64,000 bases of DNA, from NCBI GenBank assembly GCA_003233345.1, contig QILK01000044.1, positions 4,874-68,873 on the forward strand. Reading direction: 5' to 3'. A program made the translations under genes and the position numbers. Origin of the DNA: Gammaproteobacteria bacterium. GTDB taxonomy: Bacteria; Pseudomonadota; Gammaproteobacteria; SZUA-21. The stretch's first letter is position 1, and each line of letters begins with the position of its first letter. Below, piece after piece: positions 31,177 through 41,527 of the stretch. The notes beneath the pieces are model-generated. The model was not told where the DNA came from. It ran no database searches and saw only the letters and a program-made list of their open reading frames with translations.

Positions 31177-32148
31177 ATGACAAAAGAACTTTTTATCACC
31201 CTTGGCCGCGCTGTGATTAAAACTGAAAGTGAAGCCATTATCGACCTTGAGAAACGCATTAATCTCGATTTTGCCGAAGCCTGCAAACTTTGCTTTAGCT
31301 GCAAAGGTAGGATTGTCGTGACCGGCATGGGTAAGTCGGGCCATATTGGTGGAAAAATTGCAGCCACACTCGCCAGTACCGGTAGCCCAGCGTTTTTTGT
31401 CCATCCCGGAGAAGCCAGCCATGGCGACCTGGGAATGATCACACCCACCGATGTGGTGCTGGCCATTTCCAATTCCGGTGAAACTAACGAAATAATGACA
31501 ATCGTTCCACTGCTAAAGCGCTTGCAGGTACCCCTGGTATCGATGACCGGGAACCCGCAGTCCACGCTCGCCAAAGAAGCCAATGTCAACCTGGATATTA
31601 GCGTCAAACAGGAAGCCTGCCCGTTAGGTCTGGCTCCCACCTCAAGCACCACCGCCACGCTGGTCATGGGCGACGCACTGGCAATCGCACTGCTGGAAGC
31701 ACGTGGGTTTACCGAAGAAGATTTTGCACGCTCACACCCGGGTGGCAGTCTTGGGCGACGTTTGTTACTGCTGGTCAGCGATGTCATGAGAACAGGCACC
31801 GATATCCCGGTGGTCGATCAAAATGCCAGTCTTGGCGATGCACTGCTGGAAATTTCCCAAAAAGGCATGGGGATGACCGCCATCATTAACGATGAGCACC
31901 GGCTTTCCGGGATTTTCACCGATGGCGATTTACGTCGAGCATTCGAAAAAAATCTCGATATTCACCAAACCCAAGTGACTGAAGTGATGACACGAAATTG
32001 CAAGACTGTTTCTGAATCTGCCCTGGCTGCCGAAGCGCTGAATATTATGGATTCCGGGAAAATCAGTGACTTGCTGGTGACTGACAATAACCAAAAAATT
32101 ATCGGCGCACTCAACATGCATGATCTGCTTAAGGCAGGCGTCGTTTAA
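31177..32148 (+). CDS. kdsD: D-arabinose 5-phosphate isomerase (SIS + tandem CBS)
   Basis: 323 aa, SIS domain GMGKSGHIG and C-terminal CBS pair. Confidence 0.9.
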   Translation: MTKELFITLGRAVIKTESEAIIDLEKRINLDFAEACKLCFSCKGRIVVTGMGKSGHIGGKIAATLASTGSPAFFVHPGEASHGDLGMITPTDVVLAISNSGETNEIMTIVPLLKRLQVPLVSMTGNPQSTLAKEANVNLDISVKQEACPLGLAPTSSTTATLVMGDALAIALLEARGFTEEDFARSHPGGSLGRRLLLLVSDVMRTGTDIPVVDQNASLGDALLEISQKGMGMTAIINDEHRLSGIFTDGDLRRAFEKNLDIHQTQVTEVMTRNCKTVSESALAAEALNIMDSGKISDLLVTDNNQKIIGALNMHDLLKAGVV

Positions 32149-32188
32149 CCATTATGCGTACTAGAGAAAAATTTCGCGGAGACAGAAA

Positions 32189-32713
32189 ATGCTAGATGTA
32201 CTGGAAAAAGCAAAGCAAATTAAATTGATTATCTTTGATGTTGATGGTGTGCTGACTGACGGCAGTTTGTTTATTGGTGACGATGGCCAGGAGTATAAAG
32301 CCTTTAACTCCCGGGACGGACACGGTATGAAAATGTTACAACGTTCAGGCGTTGATATTGCCATTATTACTGGCCGCACCTCGGAGGTGGTAAAACATCG
32401 CGTTAAAGATCTTGGAATAAAATATGTCTATCAAGGACAGCTTGACAAGGTGATTGCGATGAAGGACCTCCTGTCTACCTTAAAACTGGAACCGGATGTG
32501 GTCGCTTATGTTGGCGACGATGTTGTCGATTTGCCGGTCATGCTGAAGATTGGTCTAGCGATTGCTGTCCAGAATGCACACAAACTGGTAAAAATGCATT
32601 CTCATTGGATTACCCCTAGCGAAGGCGGCAAAGGCGCTGCCCGGGAAATCTGCGAATTGATTATGGAAGCTCAAGGAACGCTGGATGACGCGATGCAGGA
32701 ATATTTGAATTAG
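32189..32713 (+). CDS. kdsC: 3-deoxy-D-manno-octulosonate 8-phosphate phosphatase
   Basis: 174-aa HAD phosphatase, DVDGVLTDG motif. Confidence 0.9.
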   Translation: MLDVLEKAKQIKLIIFDVDGVLTDGSLFIGDDGQEYKAFNSRDGHGMKMLQRSGVDIAIITGRTSEVVKHRVKDLGIKYVYQGQLDKVIAMKDLLSTLKLEPDVVAYVGDDVVDLPVMLKIGLAIAVQNAHKLVKMHSHWITPSEGGKGAAREICELIMEAQGTLDDAMQEYLN

Positions 32714-32730
32714 AGTCTATATTTATATCT

Positions 32731-33321
32731 ATGAATACCAAAATAGTCGCCTTTTTGATAGCCATCTTGGGATTTTTCGCTGTACTTTGGTTTAACAATA
32801 TTATCGAAACCCGTACGCGGGTGGAAAAACAAAATAATTCCCAATCGCTTCCTGACTACTATGTTAATGACTTTTATATCCTTGGTGCTGATAAATTCGG
32901 CAACCCCAAATATCGATTATCCGCTAAACGAATGGAACACATTGCCGCCGATAATCATGCGGATCTGATTGAACCGAAAATGAAATTTTACCCGGATGAC
33001 CAAAGTGCGCCATGGTTAGTCAGCGCGCAAACCGGAAGAATTGATAAAAAAGGCGAACTTATTACGCTTTATGGTAAAGTAACGATATTACGTAGAGCGT
33101 CGACACTAAATCCACCTGTGACCATCGATACCAGGGATATTTCGTTTTCACCATTAACCAACCTGGTAAAAACAGACCAAAAAGTCGTCTACACCTCTAA
33201 AAATAATTTTGCTCGTGGTGTTGGTTTAGAGGCAGACTTGTCCAGGCAAATAATCACATTAAAGCGTAGAGCCAAAGCCAGTTATGTACCCGAAAAAAAC
33301 GCACAACGTAAAAAAAAGTAA
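32731..33321 (+). CDS. lptC: LPS export protein LptC
   Basis: 196 aa, N-terminal TM anchor, conserved position after kdsC. Confidence 0.8.
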   Translation: MNTKIVAFLIAILGFFAVLWFNNIIETRTRVEKQNNSQSLPDYYVNDFYILGADKFGNPKYRLSAKRMEHIAADNHADLIEPKMKFYPDDQSAPWLVSAQTGRIDKKGELITLYGKVTILRRASTLNPPVTIDTRDISFSPLTNLVKTDQKVVYTSKNNFARGVGLEADLSRQIITLKRRAKASYVPEKNAQRKKK

Positions 33322-33883
33322 GCGGGTCGATTGGCGGGTGTCAATCGTATTCTTAGCCACTGTTTTTTTGCCTATACCGGGTATTTCTTTGGAATCAGAC
33401 CGTAGCAAAATCATGCGCATTCGTGCCAACAGCGTTACCATCAATGATAAAAGCGGTGTCAGCAAATATTCCGGGCGTGTTGTGATCGTCCAGGGCTCAA
33501 TGAAAATTACTGCTGACCGGCTAAAAGTGATTTACGATAAAAATAAGCAGCTGGAAAAAATCATTGCTTTCGGCAGACCCAGCACCTATAAACAACGCCC
33601 TAACATTAGAAAAAAGGAAGTCTATGCACGCGCTAATCGAATGGATTATTTCGCAAAAAAAAATGAATTACTAATGAGAAAAAATGCCAGTTTCACCCAG
33701 GGCGTTAGTGTCTTTAAAGGCCACAAAATACGCTACAATATTAAAACCGATTACGTTGAAGCCTCGAGTAATAAATCGTCCCGTCAAAAATCAGGTTCTG
33801 ACTCTAAAGGCAGAGTTAACATTATATTTGACTCGGCAACCGATAATAAGATTCAAAAAGATAAAAAAAATGAAAAAAAATAA
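33284..33883 (+). CDS. lptA: LPS export periplasmic protein LptA (start uncertain)
   Basis: OstA-N-like beta-jellyroll protein with signal peptide, between lptC and lptB. Confidence 0.8.
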   Translation: MYPKKTHNVKKSKRVDWRVSIVFLATVFLPIPGISLESDRSKIMRIRANSVTINDKSGVSKYSGRVVIVQGSMKITADRLKVIYDKNKQLEKIIAFGRPSTYKQRPNIRKKEVYARANRMDYFAKKNELLMRKNASFTQGVSVFKGHKIRYNIKTDYVEASSNKSSRQKSGSDSKGRVNIIFDSATDNKIQKDKKNEKK

Positions 33884-34625
33884 CGCAACATCCTCGAATC
33901 GAAAAGCACTAATCGCCTCTAAACTGGTCAAACGCTATAAAAAACGCACGGTGGTAAACAACATATCACTGCATGTTTTTCCAGGTGAAATTGTTGGTTT
34001 ACTCGGGCCGAATGGCGCTGGAAAAACCACTTGTTTCTATATGATCGTTGGACTGGTAAAAAGTGAAGGTGGGCGTATCATTCTTAACAATATCGAAATC
34101 GGCAATCACCCCATGCATGCTCGCGCGAAAGCCGGTCTAGGTTATTTGCCTCAGGAAGCATCCATATTTCGAAAACTTTCTGTCTATGAAAATATACTGG
34201 CAATTCTGCAAACAAGAAAAGGGCTTTCAAAAAAACAACAAATTGCAATCGTCAATTCGCTGCTGAATGATCTAAACATTGGGCATATAAGAGATAACCA
34301 CGGTATTTCACTCTCAGGCGGTGAGCGTCGCCGCGTTGAAATCGCCCGCGCCCTGGCGATGGAACCGCAGTATATTCTTTTGGATGAACCTTTTGCAGGC
34401 GTCGATCCTATTGCCATTGATGATATTAAGTCGATTATTCAACATTTAGCGCAGCGTAATATTGGTGTCTTGATAACGGATCATAATGTACGTGAAACCC
34501 TGGATATATGTAGTCGTGCCTATATTGTCAATGAAGGCGAGATCATATCCTGCGGAAACCCCGATACGATAATGAGCAACCAAAAAGTACGCGAGGTCTA
34601 TCTGGGCGAAGGATTTCGCATGTAA
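33870..34625 (+). CDS. lptB: LPS export ABC transporter ATPase LptB
   Basis: Walker [13 protein letters not shown] signature LSGGERRR, starts at MKKNNATSS overlapping lptA end. Confidence 0.9.
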   Translation: MKKNNATSSNRKALIASKLVKRYKKRTVVNNISLHVFPGEIVGLLGPNGAGKTTCFYMIVGLVKSEGGRIILNNIEIGNHPMHARAKAGLGYLPQEASIFRKLSVYENILAILQTRKGLSKKQQIAIVNSLLNDLNIGHIRDNHGISLSGGERRRVEIARALAMEPQYILLDEPFAGVDPIAIDDIKSIIQHLAQRNIGVLITDHNVRETLDICSRAYIVNEGEIISCGNPDTIMSNQKVREVYLGEGFRM

Positions 34626-34891
34626 ACAACCTGATTTTTTCTCCTGATAATTTTACTCACTTTACTCCAAGCTGACTGCCAATTTTGCGTCAGGTTTATA
34701 ACACTCGCATTAAACCGCTGAAATAATTTGTGTTTTTCTGTTTTAGCGATACCAATATATCGCCATCTAAGCTATAAAACAAATATTATAAATTCAGTGC
34801 AGTGGCATAGTAAATGCACTAAAATAAAACTATAGAAGTCCTGACTTAATTTAATTAGATATTACCTAACTTAAAGATACTACCTAACTAT

Positions 34892-36394
34892 ATGAAGCAA
34901 TCTATTCAACTTCGGATGGGTCAGAATTTAACAATGACCCCGCAGCTGCAGCAGGCAATACGACTGTTGCAATTATCCACGTTGGAATTGAAGCTGGAAA
35001 TCCAGTCTGCGCTTGAATCTAACTTAATGCTGGAACTGGCCGATGAAAATAGTGATGAAGCTGGCACAGCGAACGAAAATCCAGAACAAAAATCAGGCAC
35101 CGCTAACGAAGACTCAGGTACCACTGAATCCACAGAAATCACCGCATCCAGTGAACTGTCTAATGAGATGCTAAACAAGAATGAGATTCCAGACGAATTA
35201 CCGGTCGATAGTGTTTGGGAAGATGTGTACGATGGCGCAACCAGCTATTCACAATCAAAAGAAAACGACAGTGATTATCTTGAGCCTGCGCAAAACCAAA
35301 GTAAAAGTTTAAGAGAATATTTATTTTGGCAACTGGAAATGTCAAAACTCTTAGAGAAAGACCGGTTAATCGCTGTCGCGATTATTGACTCGATTAACGA
35401 TGATGGTTACCTCGGCAGCTCGATCGATGAAATCCTTCAAGGTCTCGATGCGGAACACAAGTTTACAGTTGAAGATGTCGAATACACGCTGGGGCGAATA
35501 CAACGTTTTGATCCACCGGGAGTCGGCTCTCGCGATTTATCTGAGTGCATGCTTGCCCAGCTTACCCAACTCGATAAAAATACACCTTACCGCCTAAGCG
35601 CAATAGATCTAGTGCAATCGCATTTAGGAAATCTTGCCAATCGAGAATTTCCGCTGATAATGCGCCAAATGAAAATCTCTGATCAGGATCTAAATCAAAT
35701 TATCAATCTGATCCAATCACTGAATCCACGCCCTGGCTCGCAAATATCAAATAAGGAACCTGAATATATAGTACCCGATGTTCTCGTCAAAAAAATAAAA
35801 GGTCGCTGGCGGGTGGAACTAAATCCAGATACCTTGCCAAAACTGCGTATTAATAATCTATATTCGGGTTTAATTAAACGGGCGGATAACAGCAAAGATA
35901 ATACCTATTTAAAAAATCATCTACAAGAAGCGCGTTGGTTTCTTAAAAGCCTGCATAGTCGCAACGAAACGCTGTTAAAAGTGGCTAGCTGTATCGTCGA
36001 ACGTCAACGAGGCTTTTTAGACTATGGCGATGAGGCCATGAAACCATTGGTTTTGCGCGATGTTGCCGAATCGGTAGAAATGCACGAATCAACCGTATCG
36101 CGGGTAACAACGCAGAAATTTATGCATACACCGATGGGCATATTTGAGTTTAAATACTTTTTTTCCAGTCATGTTGGCACCGCTGATGGCGGTGAATGTT
36201 CTGCAACAGCAATTCGTGCTATCATTAAAAAATTCTTGGCTGCGGAAAATCCAGGGAAACCCCTTAGTGATAGTAAAATAGCAGAGTTACTTATGAAACA
36301 AGGAATAAAGGTTGCCAGACGTACCGTCGCCAAATACAGAGAATCCATGATGATCCCCCCATCAAATGAACGAAAACGGTTAACTAAAATATAA
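34892..36394 (+). CDS. rpoN: RNA polymerase sigma-54 factor
   Basis: 500 aa; N-terminal Q/L-rich region, acidic linker, C-terminal RpoN box ARRTVAKYRE. Confidence 0.95.
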   Translation: MKQSIQLRMGQNLTMTPQLQQAIRLLQLSTLELKLEIQSALESNLMLELADENSDEAGTANENPEQKSGTANEDSGTTESTEITASSELSNEMLNKNEIPDELPVDSVWEDVYDGATSYSQSKENDSDYLEPAQNQSKSLREYLFWQLEMSKLLEKDRLIAVAIIDSINDDGYLGSSIDEILQGLDAEHKFTVEDVEYTLGRIQRFDPPGVGSRDLSECMLAQLTQLDKNTPYRLSAIDLVQSHLGNLANREFPLIMRQMKISDQDLNQIINLIQSLNPRPGSQISNKEPEYIVPDVLVKKIKGRWRVELNPDTLPKLRINNLYSGLIKRADNSKDNTYLKNHLQEARWFLKSLHSRNETLLKVASCIVERQRGFLDYGDEAMKPLVLRDVAESVEMHESTVSRVTTQKFMHTPMGIFEFKYFFSSHVGTADGGECSATAIRAIIKKFLAAENPGKPLSDSKIAELLMKQGIKVARRTVAKYRESMMIPPSNERKRLTKI

Positions 36395-36413
36395 ATCTGT
36401 AAAGGAGTCTACA

Positions 36414-36710
36414 ATGCAAATCAATCTCACTGGGCATCATTTAGACATTACCACTTCCATAAGAGATTATATAAACGACAAATTTGTTAAACTTGAACGC
36501 CATTTTGACCAGGTATCCGATGTACATGTTATTCTAAGCGTCGAAAAGCTAAGACATAAAGCGGAAGCTACCTTACATGTTAGTGGTGGAAATATGTACG
36601 CAGATGCAGTCGAAGAAGATATGTATTCTGCCATCGACGGGCTTATTGACAAACTGGATAGACAAGTAGTAAAACATAAAGAAAAATTGACTAATCATCA
36701 TCGACGATAG
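36414..36710 (+). CDS. hpf: ribosome hibernation promoting factor (short form)
   Basis: 98-aa sigma-54 modulation/YfiA family protein downstream of rpoN. Confidence 0.9.
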   Translation: MQINLTGHHLDITTSIRDYINDKFVKLERHFDQVSDVHVILSVEKLRHKAEATLHVSGGNMYADAVEEDMYSAIDGLIDKLDRQVVKHKEKLTNHHRR

Positions 36711-36760
36711 TCAGTTAATATCCAATTTATCTAAATTAACTCTGGAGCATCGCTTTTGGT

Positions 36761-37216
36761 ATGAATATCCGTGATTTGATTCAGCCTGACCGTATAAGCT
36801 GTGATTCACAGGCTACGAGTAAAAAAGTTGCCTTACAACAGCTAAGTAACTTGCTTGCCGCGAGTACGCCTAATCTAACCCCTGAAGAAATTTTCGACAG
36901 TTTGTTTGATAGAGAAAAACTCGGTAGTACCGCACTAGGTCATGGAGTAGCGCTGCCTCATGGGCGTCTTCATGGTCGAGAGCAGGCAATCGGTGCTTTT
37001 CTTAAGCTGGAAAACGGTATTGAGTATGGTGCAATCGATAATAAACCGGTAGATTTACTCTACGCACTCTTGGTTCCAGATCACTATACGGACGATCACC
37101 TGGAAATCATTTCTGAATTGGCTGAACGTTTTGAAAGTGATGATTTTCGTGACCGGCTACGGGACTGTTGTGACGAAGGCCAAATTTATCAGCAATTAAC
37201 GCACGCATTTGATTGA
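36761..37216 (+). CDS. ptsN: PTS-Ntr EIIA component PtsN
   Basis: 151 aa EIIA(Fru/Ntr) with phosphorylatable His in GHGVALPHGR. Confidence 0.9.
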   Translation: MNIRDLIQPDRISCDSQATSKKVALQQLSNLLAASTPNLTPEEIFDSLFDREKLGSTALGHGVALPHGRLHGREQAIGAFLKLENGIEYGAIDNKPVDLLYALLVPDHYTDDHLEIISELAERFESDDFRDRLRDCCDEGQIYQQLTHAFD

Positions 37217-37293
37217 TATCGTTAAATAGGTTGGGCTGATTTTCCCTGTTCTGCAAAGCCTGCTTTGCGCTAAACCCGAACTGTTTATGAAAT

Positions 37294-38247
37294 ATGCAAA
37301 TTACGGATACAAGCCTTGCAACACTTATTCATCGACTGGGTGATAAGCTACAGTTAACAACTGCGGTTACAAATCATCAACAGCTACTAGAAACCATCAG
37401 GCTATCGCTTAATACCAATCAGCAACAGATTGCAGCAAAATATAACCCGGTAATGCCTGTACAAATCGAAGTTTTCGGACCAGAGGAAATAGCCTTTCTA
37501 AGCAATCATAAAGATCCTTTCCAAGAAAAACTGGTTAGTATGCTTATTAATAACAAACCAAAATGGATTGTATTTTGCGGAAACATCGAAATTCCTGATT
37601 TGTTTTTGCAGCTGACCTTACAACACCGCGCAATACCACTTTCGTCAAGCCGTTTGTCGGCCAATCGTTTTATTGACATGGTCAACCAAACGCTGGCAAC
37701 GACGGATGAACTGGGTCAAAATCTACACGGCGTGTTTATGGACGTGCTAGGATTGGGCGTTTTACTGACAGGCACACACAATATTGGCAAAAGCGAACTG
37801 GCTCTAGACCTCATCAGTCGCGGTCATAGCCTCGTCGCTGATGACTCCCCTGAGTTTTTTAAAACCGGGGAATCGATAATAATGGGCAAATCACCGCGAA
37901 CACTGTACGAATTCCTCGAAGTAAGAGGACTTGGAATTCTTAACGTACGGGCGATGTTCGGTGATAATGCTGTCAAAAATTCAGTTATACTCAAATTAAT
38001 CATACATCTTGAGGGAAAGTCTGGAAATGATATTGATGCAGACCATCGCTTACATGGTAATATCGAGAAAAAAGAAATGTTCGATACCGAAGTAGATTGC
38101 ATCAGCCTGCCAGTCGCGCCCGGGCGTAATTTAGCAGTGCTGGTCGAGTCTGCAGTGCGACATTACCACTTACAGACAAAAGGTTATAACGCCGCCACCG
38201 AATTTATTAAACGCCAAAGATTGCATATGGAAGAAAACAAGGAATGA
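37294..38247 (+). CDS. hprK: HPr kinase/phosphorylase
   Basis: 317 aa, C-terminal kinase domain with P-loop GTHNIGKSE and LVADD motif. Confidence 0.85.
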   Translation: MQITDTSLATLIHRLGDKLQLTTAVTNHQQLLETIRLSLNTNQQQIAAKYNPVMPVQIEVFGPEEIAFLSNHKDPFQEKLVSMLINNKPKWIVFCGNIEIPDLFLQLTLQHRAIPLSSSRLSANRFIDMVNQTLATTDELGQNLHGVFMDVLGLGVLLTGTHNIGKSELALDLISRGHSLVADDSPEFFKTGESIIMGKSPRTLYEFLEVRGLGILNVRAMFGDNAVKNSVILKLIIHLEGKSGNDIDADHRLHGNIEKKEMFDTEVDCISLPVAPGRNLAVLVESAVRHYHLQTKGYNAATEFIKRQRLHMEENKE

Positions 38248-39101
38248 ACCTCGTTATCGTCACTGGATTTTCCGGGTCTGGAAAGAGCATCGCGCTCAAT
38301 GTTCTTGAAGACTTAAATCACTACTGTATCGATAACCTTCCCGTCGCCTTACTGACCTCATTCACCGAACAAATATTAGGTGAATGGGGAAAGGATAAAG
38401 CAAAAATTGCGGTAGGCATTGACGCACGTAGTAACGAATATGGACTAAACGAACTCCCGCTGTGCCTGGAAAAGTTAAGAAAAAGAGGTATCGTTTATAC
38501 TATTTTCTTCCTTCACTCGGATGAAAACACGCTATTGCAACGCTTTCATCTGACCAGAAGGAAACACCCTCTAAGCAGTGATTCGACTTCACTAATCGAA
38601 GCACTAACACTGGAAAAAAAATTACTAAAACCGTTAATGCAACAGGCAAATTATTTAATCGATACATCACGAACAAATATCCACCAGTTACGTGACGTGA
38701 TACAGGGTTATTTGAGTCCGGATCAGCACGAAAAAATGTCGGTGCAACTGCAATCATTTGGTTTTAAATATGGCGTCCCAATTGATGTTGACCTCGTTTT
38801 TGACGCCCGGTGTTTACCAAACCCCCACTGGGAATTAGAGCTAAGAAACCTGACGGGGTTTGACCAAGGCGTTATCGCATTTTTAGAAAAACATGATGAA
38901 GTTCAGTTGATGGAGAAAAATCTTGTCGATTTTCTTACGACCTGGATGCCTAAGTACGCAAAGACTAATCGAAAATATTTGAGTATTGCCATCGGTTGCA
39001 CTGGTGGCCAACACAGATCGGTATATCTGGTAAACGCAATCGAAAAATATCTAAAATTAGAGCACAAAAATATTATTGTACGCCACCGGGAATTGTCATG
39101 A
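38244..39101 (+). CDS. rapZ: RNase adapter protein RapZ (YhbJ)
   Basis: 285 aa, N-terminal Walker A GFSGSGKS, conserved position after ptsN. Confidence 0.9.
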   Translation: MNLVIVTGFSGSGKSIALNVLEDLNHYCIDNLPVALLTSFTEQILGEWGKDKAKIAVGIDARSNEYGLNELPLCLEKLRKRGIVYTIFFLHSDENTLLQRFHLTRRKHPLSSDSTSLIEALTLEKKLLKPLMQQANYLIDTSRTNIHQLRDVIQGYLSPDQHEKMSVQLQSFGFKYGVPIDVDLVFDARCLPNPHWELELRNLTGFDQGVIAFLEKHDEVQLMEKNLVDFLTTWMPKYAKTNRKYLSIAIGCTGGQHRSVYLVNAIEKYLKLEHKNIIVRHRELS

Positions 39102-39502
39102 ATACAGGGATATTACTCATTACCCACCAGCATATCGGTAAGGCTTTTGTCGATGTAGCCCAATCTATGTTAGCCAAAAAAACACAATCGATCCAAGTGA
39201 TCGAAATAGAATTGGAATGTGATCTGGATATAACGATTTCTCAGGCGGAAGCAGCCTTTAAAAAAGCCGATAATGGCAGCGGTGTATTAATTCTCACTGA
39301 TGCCTATGGATCTACGCCGAGTAATATTGCGATGAAATTGGTTTATGCTTTTCACGCCATTGCGGTCTCGGGATTAAACCTGCCAATGTTAATACGTGTT
39401 TTAAACTATTCAGAACTTCCCTTGGAAGCGCTGTCCAAGAAAGCACTTAGTGGCGGACTGGATGGCGTTACAACTTTCGACGCGACCGGCCCGACAAATT
39501 AA
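39098..39502 (+). CDS. PTS EIIA component, mannose/fructose (EIIA-Man) family
   Basis: About 134 aa starting MNTGILLITHQHIGKAF with phosphorylatable His near N-terminus; ATGA overlap with rapZ stop. Confidence 0.75.
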   Translation: MNTGILLITHQHIGKAFVDVAQSMLAKKTQSIQVIEIELECDLDITISQAEAAFKKADNGSGVLILTDAYGSTPSNIAMKLVYAFHAIAVSGLNLPMLIRVLNYSELPLEALSKKALSGGLDGVTTFDATGPTN

Positions 39503-39523
39503 TCCGGATACTAAAGATTAGCA

Positions 39524-39793
39524 ATGAAATCACTTCAGATCACCATTATTAACAAACTCGGCTTACACGCCAGAGCCGCATCGAAACTAGTGACATTAGC
39601 GGCCCACTATGACTGCGATATCAAAATATTATATAAAAACAAAAAAGCCAATGGTAAAAGTATTATGGGTGTTATGATGCTGGCAGCAGGCAAAGGCTCT
39701 ATTATTTCAATAATCACTGATGGCATAGATGAAAACCAAGCGATTGAAGCATTGGCAAAACTGATAAACAACCGATTTGATGAAGCAGTATAA
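39524..39793 (+). CDS. ptsH: phosphocarrier protein HPr/NPr
   Basis: 89 aa, GLHARAASK active-site His15 and a conserved Ser in the KSIMGVM region (HprK target). Confidence 0.85.
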   Translation: MKSLQITIINKLGLHARAASKLVTLAAHYDCDIKILYKNKKANGKSIMGVMMLAAGKGSIISIITDGIDENQAIEALAKLINNRFDEAV

Positions 39794-39796
39794 ATT

Positions 39797-41521
39797 ATGA
39801 CACTATCGCTATACGGGACGGGTATTTCACGCGGCATTGCGATTGGCAAGTCATCAATAATCGGATACAAGGAAAGCAATCTTTACCGAAAGCAAATTCA
39901 GCTAACACTGATAGGCGAAGAAGTTTCGAGATACCATCGCGCATTGAAACAGGCGGTGAACCTGCTCGAATCGTTGCGTGACCGGGACAGTATCAGCAAT
40001 AACCGCAATATCCGATCAATTATCGATAGCCATATTTTAATGCTAAACGATACGCCCTTTTCTGTCGATATTATTTCGACCATTAAAGCAAAACAGTGTA
40101 ACGCCGAATGGGCGCTTTTACTTAAACGCAACGAACTCGCCAAACTGTTTGATGCAATGGAAGATGACTACTTACAAGCTCGAAAAGATGACATCTATCA
40201 GGTGGCCAGCCAAATACTTAGATACCTGAACGACAAGCATGAAAATTCAGACTTAGAGGAACCGGCGTTTAAAGACACCATCGTATTCGCACACACACTT
40301 TCACCCGCCGAAATTTTGATGTTGCACCATAAAGGCATTCTAGGACTAGTGACTGAGGTAGGGGGTGCCCTGTCTCACGCCGCAATTATGACCAGGAATT
40401 TATCTATTCCCGCTGTGTTTGGTGCCCAATACTGCCTGGACTATGTTCGCCAGGCAGAAGAAATAATATTGGATATCGCCAACGGCGCTATCCTGCTCGA
40501 TGCGGACAAGCAACTTACAAAACATTATCAGTCGAAAATAAAGCAAATTAACAAACGATCAAGTTCTCTGAATAAAATCAAAGCCGGGCCTGCGATTACC
40601 CTTGATAACCGGCAGATCACTATTCTGTCCAATATCGACCAGTGGGAAGATGTTACCGCCACCACAGACGCCGGTGCTAATGGAATCGGCTTATTGCGAA
40701 CAGAATTGTTATTTCTTCAGCAAGATGCCTATCCTGACGAGAAAGCACAATTTGCCTATTTTCAAAAAATAATGGAGAGTCTTCACGGCCTCCCGATTAC
40801 CATTCGCACCCTGGATCTTGGCAGCGATAAGGCTATCAATAACCACAGCCAACCCTCTAACCCTGCGCTGGGTCTTAGAGGTATTCGGCTATGCCTGCAA
40901 AACTTAGCACTGTTTAAACCCCATCTTCGAGCAATACTAAGGGCATCTGCTTTGGGGAAAGTACAAATAATGATCCCCATGGTTTCCTGTATGCAGGAAA
41001 TACTTCAATTCAGATATTTGCTTGAGGAAATTAAAAAAGACCTACGAAAAAATGCCATCGCATTTGATGAAAATATTAAAATAGGCGTCATGATTGAGGT
41101 ACCGGCTGCAGCAATCTGCGTCTCACAATTTATATCTGCGTTGGATTTTCTATCAATAGGCACTAACGATCTAATTCAATATACCCTAGCCATTGATCGT
41201 ACCGATGATATAGTCAATCACCTATACGAACCAATGCACCCAGCGGTGCTCAAACTAATTAATGACATCATACGCTGTGGACATGAACACCAAAAACCGG
41301 TTTCATTATGCGGTGAATTAGCAAGCGACACCTTCGCTACCCGCTTTTTACTTGGCGTTGGACTAACTCAATTTAGCATGCAATCTGCAAGCATGCTTGA
41401 AGTCAAAGAAATCATTATGCAATCTAATTACCAACAATGTAAAACAGCTGCAAATGCAATCTTAAAAATGTCCACCTCAGATGAAATTATTTTAGCAATC
41501 ACAGATCTCAATAATCGCTAA
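39797..41521 (+). CDS. ptsI: phosphoenolpyruvate-protein phosphotransferase (Enzyme I), no GAF domain
   Basis: 574 aa, PEP-utilising enzyme mobile domain with GGxxSHAAI motif and C-terminal PEP-binding TIM barrel. Confidence 0.9.
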   Translation: MTLSLYGTGISRGIAIGKSSIIGYKESNLYRKQIQLTLIGEEVSRYHRALKQAVNLLESLRDRDSISNNRNIRSIIDSHILMLNDTPFSVDIISTIKAKQCNAEWALLLKRNELAKLFDAMEDDYLQARKDDIYQVASQILRYLNDKHENSDLEEPAFKDTIVFAHTLSPAEILMLHHKGILGLVTEVGGALSHAAIMTRNLSIPAVFGAQYCLDYVRQAEEIILDIANGAILLDADKQLTKHYQSKIKQINKRSSSLNKIKAGPAITLDNRQITILSNIDQWEDVTATTDAGANGIGLLRTELLFLQQDAYPDEKAQFAYFQKIMESLHGLPITIRTLDLGSDKAINNHSQPSNPALGLRGIRLCLQNLALFKPHLRAILRASALGKVQIMIPMVSCMQEILQFRYLLEEIKKDLRKNAIAFDENIKIGVMIEVPAAAICVSQFISALDFLSIGTNDLIQYTLAIDRTDDIVNHLYEPMHPAVLKLINDIIRCGHEHQKPVSLCGELASDTFATRFLLGVGLTQFSMQSASMLEVKEIIMQSNYQQCKTAANAILKMSTSDEIILAITDLNNR

Positions 41522-41527
41522 GCACGC

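Noticed and set aside
31128-31799. 223-aa and 109-aa minus-strand ORFs
   Set aside because: Antisense to kdsD, which has clear SIS/CBS motifs; shadow ORFs.
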